From assembly GCA_041676805.1 (NCBI GenBank), contig JBAYRG010000001.1:1-47354 (forward strand): a stretch of DNA of 47,354 nt, given 5' to 3'. The notes beneath the pieces are model-generated. The model was not told the origin of the DNA. It worked only from the letters and a program-made list of their open reading frames with translations, and made no database searches. Both the position numbers and the translations under genes were made by a program. The DNA is from Proteiniphilum sp. (GTDB taxonomy: Bacteria > Bacteroidota > Bacteroidia > Bacteroidales > Dysgonomonadaceae). Shown piece by piece: positions 38,731-47,354 of the stretch. Positions within the stretch are counted from its first letter, which is position 1. Each line of letters begins with the position of its first letter.

Positions 38731-40674
38731 ATGGTACGAAATAGATTAAATATAATGCTATTTATTGTAATTCTTACAATAGGGTCGACGGTTATTTCCT
38801 GTAAGGATTACCTTGATGTTGTCCCGGACAACACAGCAACGATCGATCATGCCTTCCGTAACCGGCATGAAGCGGAAAAATTTTTATATGGATGTTTTTC
38901 TTTTCTCCCCAACCATGCCGATCCAGCTTCCAATCCAGCGTTGTTGGGTGGTGACGAAGTCTGGTATATTGACCCAGCCAATATTGTCTCTCCCATCCTT
39001 TGGAATATTGCCAAAGGAAGTCAAGGTACTAATTCTCCCTTTGCAGACTACTGGGCAAGTGTAGGCGACAAGTACAATCTAAGGGGAGGAAAGGCACTCT
39101 TTACTGCATTGACCGATTGTAATATTTTTCTGGAAAATATTTATACGCCTAAGGATCTGGATGATTACGAGAGGGATTGGTGGATAGCCGAAGTTACCTT
39201 TTTAAAAGCCTACTACCATTTTTACCTATTTCGGATGTATGGTCCTATTCCGCTCATCAAGGAAAATCTTCCGACCAGTGCGTCTTCCAACGAAGTAAGA
39301 CGTTATCGTGAACCGGTGGACGACGTGGTCAATTATATAGTAGAGCTCCTTGACTCTTCCATCGAATATCTTCCCATGGAAATCTTAGATATCACCAGTG
39401 ACCTGGGAAGACCGACCAAGGTTACTGCTCTGGCACTAAAAGCTCAGGTATTAACCCTTGCTGCAAGTCCTCTGTTCAATGGAAATACAGATTATGCAAA
39501 GATTGTAGACAACAAGGGACGGCAATTATTTCCACAGGACTACCAATTGCAAAAGTGGCAACGGGCAGCCGATGCACTGAAAGAGGCCATCGATATTGCA
39601 CATGAGGCCGGGCATGAACTGTTCAATTTCCGCACACTCCCTTTCTCGAATAACTTGAGTGATTACACTATCCTTGCTATGCAGGTGAGAGGAGCCGTAA
39701 CAGAGCGTTGGAACAAGGAGATTATATGGGGAGAATCGAACGTCAACCCGGATCCTCTGCAAAGGGTATGCTCCCCGGCATGGAATCCTGATAATAACTC
39801 CGGTGGGATTGGAAAAAGCTATGCTCCTACACTTCAGATTGTTGAACAGTTCTATACATATAATGGTGTTCCGATCGAAGAAGATAAGGAATGGGTCGGA
39901 ATCAACCCGATGGATTTTCGAATCGGAAACTCCTCCCACAAATATTATATCCGGGAAGGTTTTCAAACGATTAACCTGCATTTCTACAGGGAAGCGCGAT
40001 TTTACGGAGCGATCACCTTCGATGGTGGAACTTTTTACGGAAATGGACGTATAAATGCGGACAATGACATGTGGTATACCCAGATGAAAGGTTTGGATGC
40101 AGGTGGAGGTATAGCACCCACAGAACGCTATTCCAGTACTGGATATTTATGTAAAAAGCTGACCCATTACCTGACTTCAGTACCGGTTGCCAATTCCAAT
40201 ATCAACTGTTACCGATATGCTTTTCCAATCATCCGATTGGCAGATTTGTACTTGATGTATGTCGAGGCATTGAATGAAGTGAAAGCGGTACCGGATGCTG
40301 AAGTATATGAGTATATTGATCTGGTGCGGGCACGTACCGGCCTGAAGGGGGTTGTAGAAAGCTGGCGGGATTATTCCCTCAATCCGGATAAACCTTCCAC
40401 ACAGGAGGGAATGCGGGAAATTATCCGTAGGGAACGGTTAAATGAACTGGCTTTCGAGGGTAGCCGCTTTTGGGATCTCCGACGCTGGAAACTGGCAGAA
40501 GAATATATGAACCGCCCCATCCGGGGATTAAATATTGTGGGGCCGACAGCTGCTGAATTTTATCAGGTAAAAGAGGTTTATGCCCCTACCTTTACTAAAA
40601 AGGATTATTTGTGGCCTATCAGGCAAAGCGTACTGCTTAAAAATACAAATCTTGTTCAGAATTTAGGATGGTAA
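38731..40674 (+). CDS. SusD/RagB lipoprotein
   Basis: Lipobox VISC-KDYLDVVP, LKAYYHF...YGPIP, IIRLADLYLMYVEALNE, RRERLNELAFEGSRFWDLRRWK and QNLGW. Confidence 0.96.
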   Translation: MVRNRLNIMLFIVILTIGSTVISCKDYLDVVPDNTATIDHAFRNRHEAEKFLYGCFSFLPNHADPASNPALLGGDEVWYIDPANIVSPILWNIAKGSQGTNSPFADYWASVGDKYNLRGGKALFTALTDCNIFLENIYTPKDLDDYERDWWIAEVTFLKAYYHFYLFRMYGPIPLIKENLPTSASSNEVRRYREPVDDVVNYIVELLDSSIEYLPMEILDITSDLGRPTKVTALALKAQVLTLAASPLFNGNTDYAKIVDNKGRQLFPQDYQLQKWQRAADALKEAIDIAHEAGHELFNFRTLPFSNNLSDYTILAMQVRGAVTERWNKEIIWGESNVNPDPLQRVCSPAWNPDNNSGGIGKSYAPTLQIVEQFYTYNGVPIEEDKEWVGINPMDFRIGNSSHKYYIREGFQTINLHFYREARFYGAITFDGGTFYGNGRINADNDMWYTQMKGLDAGGGIAPTERYSSTGYLCKKLTHYLTSVPVANSNINCYRYAFPIIRLADLYLMYVEALNEVKAVPDAEVYEYIDLVRARTGLKGVVESWRDYSLNPDKPSTQEGMREIIRRERLNELAFEGSRFWDLRRWKLAEEYMNRPIRGLNIVGPTAAEFYQVKEVYAPTFTKKDYLWPIRQSVLLKNTNLVQNLGW

Positions 40675-40687
40675 TAAAAAAAGAAAA

Positions 40688-42049
40688 ATGAAAAAACAAT
40701 TGATTATCATACAAATAGTAATCCTCTTTCTTTCCCTTTGCAATTGCACTGAAGTGAAAGATTGGCAGGATCCGATCAATAACGTTCCACCCGGACCGGT
40801 GAGTGATGTTAAGGTAGAAAGTTTGCACGGAGGTGCCAGAATTACTTATACTCTGCCCGATGACAACGATTTATTGGGTGTGAAAGCGGTATATGCACTT
40901 GGAAAACAGAATCAGGAACTCCGGGAAGCCTTTTCATCTGCATTCCGGGACACCATAGTGCTGGAAGGGTATGCCGATACTTCGGAGTATCCGGTAGCGT
41001 TATACGCGATTGACAAAAGTAGGAATGAATCCGAACCGGTACATGTCACGATCAAACCGCTGGTACCCCCTGTTGCACTGGTAAGGGAATCGTTAAAGGT
41101 TAACGCAACTTTTTCTGGACTTCATGTGACCTGGGAGAACCCGATGAATAAGGCAATAGCTCTCTCCCTTCACAAAAAGAACGACCAGGATGAAATGGAG
41201 GTTTTTGACACCTATTATTCAGAAGCAACTCAGGGAAGAGTTACTTTCAGGGGGTTGGAATCCGTAAGCCAGGATTTTAAGATCGAACTGCGTGACAGGT
41301 GGAACAATTACGCCGTCCCTTTAGATACAGTCATTACTCCTTTATATGAACAGGAAATTCTAGGGAAAGATCCGGTGACAGGTGTTGTGGTTTGGACACA
41401 ATGGGGATGGCCCGGCAATCAACCAGATGGTTCCCATTTGTATCGGGGAGACATGCACCGCCTGATTAGCGGTAGGTATATCAATGCAGCTGTGGATGGT
41501 ATAGAGATGAGCGGAAGCGCTTATTGGCATTGTTCCAATAACGTGTTGTCAGATTTTGTGCCGGGAGAGTCCGCCTCTAACCTGTTTCCTTATTATTTTA
41601 CCATCGACATGGGCAAAAAGGCATCATACAGCCGCTTCCGGTGGTGGATGCGTGACAGGGCACCGCTCTATTCAGCAGAACTTCCACTCGATTTTGAAGT
41701 ATATGGAACTAATGATCCCAAGCCGCTTGCTCAGATTGGTGACGGCAGTAAGGCCGACAATTTGAAATACTGGACGGGATGGCCTGCCGTAGGCGGTACC
41801 GATGCATGGAAAGAAGATTGGGTAAAGCTGGCTGATTGTCATATGCGCCTTCCTTCCGGTGCTACATCACCGGCAACACTGACCAATGAGGACCAGGTAT
41901 TTGTCAGGGCTGGCATCGAATTTGAAATCGATGCGGATAAAACAAGTATGCCATTCCGTTACATCCGGTTCTGTGTGTATAGTACCAACACGAATGTCCC
42001 GCAATTTATGATCAGTGAATTAAAATTCTGGGGTGCATACGCCGATTAG
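40688..42049 (+). CDS. Surface glycan-binding lipoprotein (DUF4959/DUF5126/DUF5000 type)
   Basis: Lipoprotein Cys, PGPVSDVKVESLHGGARITYTLP, DKSRNESEP, DRWNN, FTIDMG, FEVYG and RYIRF...ELKFWG; follows SusD. Confidence 0.85.
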   Translation: MKKQLIIIQIVILFLSLCNCTEVKDWQDPINNVPPGPVSDVKVESLHGGARITYTLPDDNDLLGVKAVYALGKQNQELREAFSSAFRDTIVLEGYADTSEYPVALYAIDKSRNESEPVHVTIKPLVPPVALVRESLKVNATFSGLHVTWENPMNKAIALSLHKKNDQDEMEVFDTYYSEATQGRVTFRGLESVSQDFKIELRDRWNNYAVPLDTVITPLYEQEILGKDPVTGVVVWTQWGWPGNQPDGSHLYRGDMHRLISGRYINAAVDGIEMSGSAYWHCSNNVLSDFVPGESASNLFPYYFTIDMGKKASYSRFRWWMRDRAPLYSAELPLDFEVYGTNDPKPLAQIGDGSKADNLKYWTGWPAVGGTDAWKEDWVKLADCHMRLPSGATSPATLTNEDQVFVRAGIEFEIDADKTSMPFRYIRFCVYSTNTNVPQFMISELKFWGAYAD

Positions 42050-42107
42050 AGATTATTGACATAATGGATCAGAGATTGTAATAGCAATAACGTACCTTTC
42101 AGTAAAT

Positions 42108-42152
42108 ACAGATTAATAGGATTGGGATACAATTTCAATCTTATTAATCTGT
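42108..42152 (+). terminator. 17-bp stem-loop after the susC-susD-lipoprotein block (terminator or mRNA-stabilising hairpin)
   Basis: ACAGATTAATAGGATTG-N11-CAATCTTATTAATCTGT with a single G-U pair. Confidence 0.65.
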
Positions 42153-42159
42153 TGTAGCG

Positions 42160-43578
42160 ATGAAATTTTTAACTGTAATGAATAGCCTCTATATAAATAC
42201 ATTTTTTATAAGAATTATATCTGCCTGCTCCTTAATTCTCTCTTTTTGTCTGGAAAACTTACATGGACAAGAAGTTTATAAAGGCCCATCTGTCGATTTC
42301 TCTCATGGAAGGTTGGTGGTTCATGAGAATAAAAGATTTATATGTCATAGTGACGGTACACCGTTTTTTTATCTTGGCGATACCGCTTGGGAGTTATTTC
42401 ACAGATTGAATGAAGAGGAAGCGGAAAAATATTTGGAAAATCGCCGACAAAAAGGGTTTACAGTAATCCAAGCGGTAATACTCGCTGAAGAGGACGGATT
42501 AAATACCCCAAACAGGAATAATGACAAGCCTCTCTTTGATAATGACCCGCAAAAGCCTAATGAGGCATATTTTTCCTTTGTGGATAAAGTGGTTAGTATA
42601 GCGAAAGAAAAAGGGATCTATATAGGGTTACTTCCCACTTGGGGAGATAAAGTTGATAAGTCCTGGGGACAGGGTCCGGTTATTTTCAATACTGAGAATG
42701 CCTATGCTTATGGACAATACTTGGGAAAACGCTATAAAGATTATCCAAATATTATCTGGATAATTGGAGGAGATAGAAGCGGAGGAGGAAATAATACGCC
42801 AATTTGGGATGCCATGGCAAGAGGAATCAAGTCGGAGGAAACAAATCATTTGATGACCTTTCATCCTTTGGGACGTAATACTTCAAGTACATGGTTCCAT
42901 GATCGGGAGTGGCTCGATTTCAACAGTTGCCAGACAGGCCATCATCATTACATGTACGATATTTTCGAGAAGCTTATCTGTGGGGATTATGATAAAGATC
43001 CTGTCAAACCAGTTCTTAATTCAGAACCTTGCTATGAAGATCATCCAGTAAAAAATCAGCCTAAAGGTGTATCCATATGGTTTGATGAAACGAATGTCAG
43101 ACATGCAATGTATTGGAGTCTATTTAGTGGTGCATTTGGCCATACCTATGGTTGCCATCCTATCTGGCAGTTTGCAGTGCCCGGACTAGGCCGTGGTGAT
43201 ACACGGAATAGTTGGTATGATGTATTGGATTTACCGGGAGCCTGGAATATGCAGCATGGGAGAAAGCTGATGGAGTCTTACGATTTTTTCAGCCGTCGTC
43301 CCGCTCCCGAAATTATACTGACACCTCAAACCGATATAAAGGATTATGCCGTGGCAACGAGGGGAAAAGATTATGCATTTGTCTATTTGCCTTATGGTAG
43401 TAGTATTGATGTTTCCCTTGAGAAGATACCTGGTGCAAGAAGAGTGAAGCTTTCATGGTTTGATCCTCGTACCGGAGAAAAGAAATTGATAAAACGGGTG
43501 CGTGCGAAAGGGATATACAAAGCAGAACCACCTACAAGCGGTCATGGATATGACTGGATACTAATATTGGAATTGTAA
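42160..43578 (+). CDS. GH140 apiosidase-family glycosidase
   Basis: DGTPFFYLGDTAWELFHRL, KGFTVIQAV, LPTWGD, WIIGGD, MTFHP, QTGH, EPCYED, GHTYGC and WFDPRTG...DWILIL. Confidence 0.92.
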   Translation: MKFLTVMNSLYINTFFIRIISACSLILSFCLENLHGQEVYKGPSVDFSHGRLVVHENKRFICHSDGTPFFYLGDTAWELFHRLNEEEAEKYLENRRQKGFTVIQAVILAEEDGLNTPNRNNDKPLFDNDPQKPNEAYFSFVDKVVSIAKEKGIYIGLLPTWGDKVDKSWGQGPVIFNTENAYAYGQYLGKRYKDYPNIIWIIGGDRSGGGNNTPIWDAMARGIKSEETNHLMTFHPLGRNTSSTWFHDREWLDFNSCQTGHHHYMYDIFEKLICGDYDKDPVKPVLNSEPCYEDHPVKNQPKGVSIWFDETNVRHAMYWSLFSGAFGHTYGCHPIWQFAVPGLGRGDTRNSWYDVLDLPGAWNMQHGRKLMESYDFFSRRPAPEIILTPQTDIKDYAVATRGKDYAFVYLPYGSSIDVSLEKIPGARRVKLSWFDPRTGEKKLIKRVRAKGIYKAEPPTSGHGYDWILILEL

Positions 43579-43623
43579 AATATTGATTTAATTTCTCAAA
43601 TACAAATTCAAACATTTATCGTT

Positions 43624-44520
43624 ATGAAAAGAACAGTATTATGCACACTCCTTTTAATTATTTCTCTAATTAGTTTTAGTGCTCCTAAGGCTAAACGGGT
43701 CGTAATGATCGCCCTTGATGGTATATCGGTAGAAGGATACCTGAAAGCAAAAACCCCACATATAGACGCGCTTGTAGCCGAAGGGGCTTTATCATTGGAA
43801 ACCCGTGTCGTAATGCCATCCGTCACCCTACCCAACTGGACCAGCCATCTTACAGGCAGTGGTCCTGAACAACATGGTGTAGTGGATAACAACTGGCGGA
43901 TCGACAATATCAGACTACCTGCCATCGAGACAGATGCCCAAGGCTATTACCCTTCAGTTTTCAAAGTACTGAAAGATCAGCTACCAAACGTAAAGATCGC
44001 TTTCTATTACAATTGGATTAATCTCTTTTACCCACACAATGAACGTTATTTTGATGAAACCGTTTATCTGGAAAACAATGCGTATATCCCCTATTATGAA
44101 AAAGCATACGATTTTATTGTGGAAAACAAGAAAAGCCCTACAGTTGTCTTCTTGTACTCCGTACATACCGACCATGCAGGACACACATATGAGTGGATGT
44201 CTGATGGGTATATCCAATCCATAGAAGAAGCCGATGTGGAAATAGGCAAATTTCTTCAAAAACTAAAAGAGGAAGATTTATACAAAAGCACACATTTCAT
44301 GTTTTTATCCGATCATGGAGGAATCAATAAAGGCCACGGGGACGTAACTCCAAATGAAATGATTGTTCCATGGGGAATAACAGGGCCGGGCATCAAAAAA
44401 GGGATGAAAATTACAGAACCCAATAATACAGTCAATACAGCCGCCATGATTCTTCATCTATTTAAAATAAAAAAACCGCGTGCATGGACCGGGGAAGTGA
44501 TAGATTCTGTATTCAAATAA
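43624..44520 (+). CDS. Secreted alkaline-phosphatase-superfamily phosphodiesterase / nucleotide pyrophosphatase
   Basis: IALDG, PSVTLPNW (Thr nucleophile), DHAGH and SDHGG...H metal ligands; signal peptide. Confidence 0.88.
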   Translation: MKRTVLCTLLLIISLISFSAPKAKRVVMIALDGISVEGYLKAKTPHIDALVAEGALSLETRVVMPSVTLPNWTSHLTGSGPEQHGVVDNNWRIDNIRLPAIETDAQGYYPSVFKVLKDQLPNVKIAFYYNWINLFYPHNERYFDETVYLENNAYIPYYEKAYDFIVENKKSPTVVFLYSVHTDHAGHTYEWMSDGYIQSIEEADVEIGKFLQKLKEEDLYKSTHFMFLSDHGGINKGHGDVTPNEMIVPWGITGPGIKKGMKITEPNNTVNTAAMILHLFKIKKPRAWTGEVIDSVFK

Positions 44521-44523
44521 AAA

Positions 44524-44553
44524 TTGAGCCCACGAATTCTAAAGTGGGCGCAA
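44524..44553. repeat. REP-like hairpin in the intergenic gap
   Basis: TTG-A-GCCCAC-GAATTCTAAA-GTGGGC-G-CAA; GC-rich stem between the phosphodiesterase and GH92 genes. Confidence 0.5.
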
Positions 44554-44600
44554 CTTTAAAAAATTAAGATCATATAACATTCATAAAGAGCCATTCAGTC

Positions 44601-46901
44601 ATGATTAAAAGATCTACCAGCCGTTTACTATTTTATTTTATTTTATTTATCCTCTCTACCGGGGGATGTACCGATAAAGTTCATCTGAACAATATAAACT
44701 GTGTGAATCCCATGATTGGGACCGACGCAGACGGCCGGATCTCGCCTGTGGCTGTTGTCCCGTTCGGGATGGTACAGCTTGGTCCCGATACAAGACAATA
44801 CCTGAATGGCTACCACTATAGCGATCCGTATATTATAGGATTTAGCCATATCCATAAAAGCGGTGCCGGATGTGGAGATATGCTTGATCTGTTGTTTGCA
44901 CCTACCATCGGGGAGATGAATTTTTTCGCGAATCGTAATGATTTTTATCCCAGGGGATACGAGTCTACATTCAATCACGATAATGAAAAAGTTGCGCCGG
45001 GAAGATATTCGATATTACTGAATAATGGGGTAAAAGTAGACCTGACAGCAACCAAACGGTGCGGTTTCCATCAGTATCTCTTTCCTGAAACAGACAGCGC
45101 CAATATCGTCATCGACTTGTTACACGCCAATTTGGGTGCCTGTACCATCTATGAAGACGAAAACTACGACAAGGTTCTCGACGCCAGACTTAATATTGTA
45201 AACAACACCACGGTTGAAGGATACAGGATCTCCACCGGCCAATCGGAAAAACAACATGTCTATTTTGTAGCCGAATTCTCCCAACCGTTTACGGAGAGGC
45301 TGATCTTCGATGCCTTTTCCCCCAAACCTGATATAGATTCTATCAGCAGCTTGACGATCCACTCCGTATTTCGTTTCAAAAGTGACGGGAAAAAGCCGTT
45401 GCTGGTAAAAGTAGGTATCTCACCTGTGGATATAGAAGGTGCCAGAAAGAATCTGAGCCGGGAAATATCACATTGGAATTTTGATCGCACTGTTACAGAG
45501 GCACAAAAGGCATGGGCTGCCGAGCTCAATAAATTTGAAATCGGGACAGACGACACAAACAAACGGGTTATTTTTTATTCCTCCCTCTATAATGCGTTGA
45601 TGTATCCTTCGCTATATTCCGATGTCGACGGGAGATACCGTGGTCCCGATCATCAGGTACACCGGGCGGACGGGTTTGACTACATGGCGCAAGCCTCCAG
45701 CCTGTGGGATACTTTCAGGGCACAGAACCCATTGGTCACTCTTGTAAGCCCTGTTGTTGCCAATTACCATGTACAGACTTTTCTTGCCCATTATCAACAC
45801 TACGGATTGCTGCCGATCATGCCTTTAAGTGGAAATGAAACATTGGTCATGCTCGGTAACCATGCCATGCCGGTAATAGCCGACAGCTACTATAAGGGAT
45901 TGAGAAATTATGACGCCGAGGCCATATTCGAGGCAATGAAAATTTCGGCTGATACCGACACTTTTGGATATTGGCTGAAAGAGCCTCTGGGAACCGTCAA
46001 TTATAAAAAATATGGATATATTCCCCACGACAAGGAAACACGTTCCGTTTCCACCACATTGGAATATGCCTATGACGACTGGTGTATCGCGCAAATGGCT
46101 AAAATGCTCAATCACCAGGATGATTACAATAGATATATGGAACGCTCCAAAGCTTATGTACACCTGTTTGATCCTGAAACAGGTTTTATGCGGGCTAAAA
46201 GTACAGAGGGTAAATGGTTGGAGCCTTTCGAGCCATTGAAGCCAGAGCATCAGAAAGAAAGCTATGTAGAGGGAAATGCATGGCAATGGACATTTTTTGT
46301 ACCCCACGATCCGGAAGGGTTGATGGAGTTGTACGGTGGAGCCGAGCCGTTTACCAATAAACTCGATCAATTATTCAGTGTGGTCGACCACGATCAGGCA
46401 CGGGTAGCATCTGTACCCGACATGAGCGGCCTAATCGGACAGTATGCCCACGGAAATGAACCGAGCCATCATATTCCCTATTTTTATAATTATGCCGGCA
46501 AATCGTGGAAGACGCAAGAAGTTGTAAACCGTATTCTTACCACACTCCATAAAAATGAACCCGGCGGTTTACCCGGGAACGATGATACCGGTCAGCTTTC
46601 AGCATGGTATGTTTTCAGCAGCATGGGATTCTATCCCGTAAGACATGGCAACGGAGAATATGCTATCGGTGCTCCCCTGATGGACAGGATTGAATTCACC
46701 CATACGTTGAACGGCAAATCCTCTACCCTGACGATTGAGGCCTTGAACAGATCAGATAAGAATATCTATGTGCAATCGTTACTGGTAAATGGCAAACCAT
46801 ACAACAACGCTACCATCAATCATCATGATATTTTTTCTGGTAATTGCAGTTTGGTTTTTACCATGGGGGATGAACCCAACAAAGATTGGGGTAGCCAATA
46901 A
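44601..46901 (+). CDS. GH92 alpha-mannosidase
   Basis: VNPMIGT, PFGMVQLGPDT, SLWDTFRA, TLEYAYDDW, EGNAWQW, HGNEPSHH and GNDDTGQLSAWYVFS (catalytic acidic motifs intact); lipobox-like GGC. Confidence 0.95.
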   Translation: MIKRSTSRLLFYFILFILSTGGCTDKVHLNNINCVNPMIGTDADGRISPVAVVPFGMVQLGPDTRQYLNGYHYSDPYIIGFSHIHKSGAGCGDMLDLLFAPTIGEMNFFANRNDFYPRGYESTFNHDNEKVAPGRYSILLNNGVKVDLTATKRCGFHQYLFPETDSANIVIDLLHANLGACTIYEDENYDKVLDARLNIVNNTTVEGYRISTGQSEKQHVYFVAEFSQPFTERLIFDAFSPKPDIDSISSLTIHSVFRFKSDGKKPLLVKVGISPVDIEGARKNLSREISHWNFDRTVTEAQKAWAAELNKFEIGTDDTNKRVIFYSSLYNALMYPSLYSDVDGRYRGPDHQVHRADGFDYMAQASSLWDTFRAQNPLVTLVSPVVANYHVQTFLAHYQHYGLLPIMPLSGNETLVMLGNHAMPVIADSYYKGLRNYDAEAIFEAMKISADTDTFGYWLKEPLGTVNYKKYGYIPHDKETRSVSTTLEYAYDDWCIAQMAKMLNHQDDYNRYMERSKAYVHLFDPETGFMRAKSTEGKWLEPFEPLKPEHQKESYVEGNAWQWTFFVPHDPEGLMELYGGAEPFTNKLDQLFSVVDHDQARVASVPDMSGLIGQYAHGNEPSHHIPYFYNYAGKSWKTQEVVNRILTTLHKNEPGGLPGNDDTGQLSAWYVFSSMGFYPVRHGNGEYAIGAPLMDRIEFTHTLNGKSSTLTIEALNRSDKNIYVQSLLVNGKPYNNATINHHDIFSGNCSLVFTMGDEPNKDWGSQ

Positions 46902-46932
46902 GATCGAAGATAAATAAAACAACTTCATAAAA

Positions 46933-47354
46933 ATGAAAAAGATTCTATTTGCTCTCCTACTCATTTCAATGATGCTATCCATGATGTCATTGTGTATCAA
47001 TGACGGTAGCATTACTCCCGAAAATAAGGGCGACTTTAAAATATCGGAATCACCCCGGACCTTTTGTAATCCTCTGAATTTGAACTATCGCTTCATGAAG
47101 GGGGAAAAGGGTGCTCGTGAAGCTGCTGATCCGGTAGTGGTGGAGTACAAAGGGAAATATTATCTTTTTGCTTCTAAATCATCCGGATATTGGTATACCG
47201 AGAATTTTCGAACTTGGACACATGTATTTATTTCTGATTCAGTGCTTCCCATAGAAGATTACGCACCAGGTAATTTCGTATACGACGGATTTCTTTATTA
47301 TGTAGGCTCAAGTAGTGGTAGAGGTACATTGTATCGTTCTAGTAATCCAGATCA
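46933..47354 (+). CDS. GH43 glycosidase, 5' part (runs off the window)
   Basis: Read by hand: signal peptide, TFCNPLNLNYRF...REAADPVVVEYKGKYYLFASKSSGYW...DYAP; ADP carries the GH43 catalytic base. Confidence 0.85.
   Translation, partial: MKKILFALLLISMMLSMMSLCINDGSITPENKGDFKISESPRTFCNPLNLNYRFMKGEKGAREAADPVVVEYKGKYYLFASKSSGYWYTENFRTWTHVFISDSVLPIEDYAPGNFVYDGFLYYVGSSSGRGTLYRSSNPD

Noticed and set aside
1-47354. tRNA, rRNA, CRISPR arrays, prophage, defence systems, invertible promoters
   Set aside because: None recognised by eye: no integrase or recombinase gene and no long repeat-spacer structure. A tRNAscan/Infernal run would be needed to exclude small RNAs.

Overview
Bacteroidales chromosome segment, probably Dysgonomonadaceae (Proteiniphilum/Petrimonas-like); the taxon is inferred from gene content and TAnnTTTG promoters. 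Bases 1-21.6 kb are mostly housekeeping: vorB and a ferredoxin, gldH-PSP1-holB-metF, rseP-dxr-rimM-DUF4290-GH73/LysM, cdd, serB, a TPR protein, nadD, nspC, a nitroreductase and a hemerythrin-LuxR pair. murA is missing from its usual place between DUF4290 and rimM. After a probable transposase remnant near 21.7 kb, the rest of the window is one accessory catabolic island. It carries an oxidative D-apiose pathway (ApnL-, OiaC-, ApsD- and ApnO-like proteins) with a GntR regulator and a GRP/DMT transporter, followed by an AraD/AraB pair without AraA. It is fused to a polysaccharide utilization locus: a periplasmic Gfo/Idh/MocA and TIM-barrel pair, two GH140 apiosidase-like enzymes, SusC/SusD/surface lipoprotein, a phosphodiesterase, GH92 and a GH43 that runs off the window. 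The best candidate for a new system is this complete apioside release-import-oxidation locus, in which AraB/AraD-like enzymes may replace the known L-erythrulose (LerK/LerI/DerI) steps. All family calls come from recognising motifs by eye; no searches were run.
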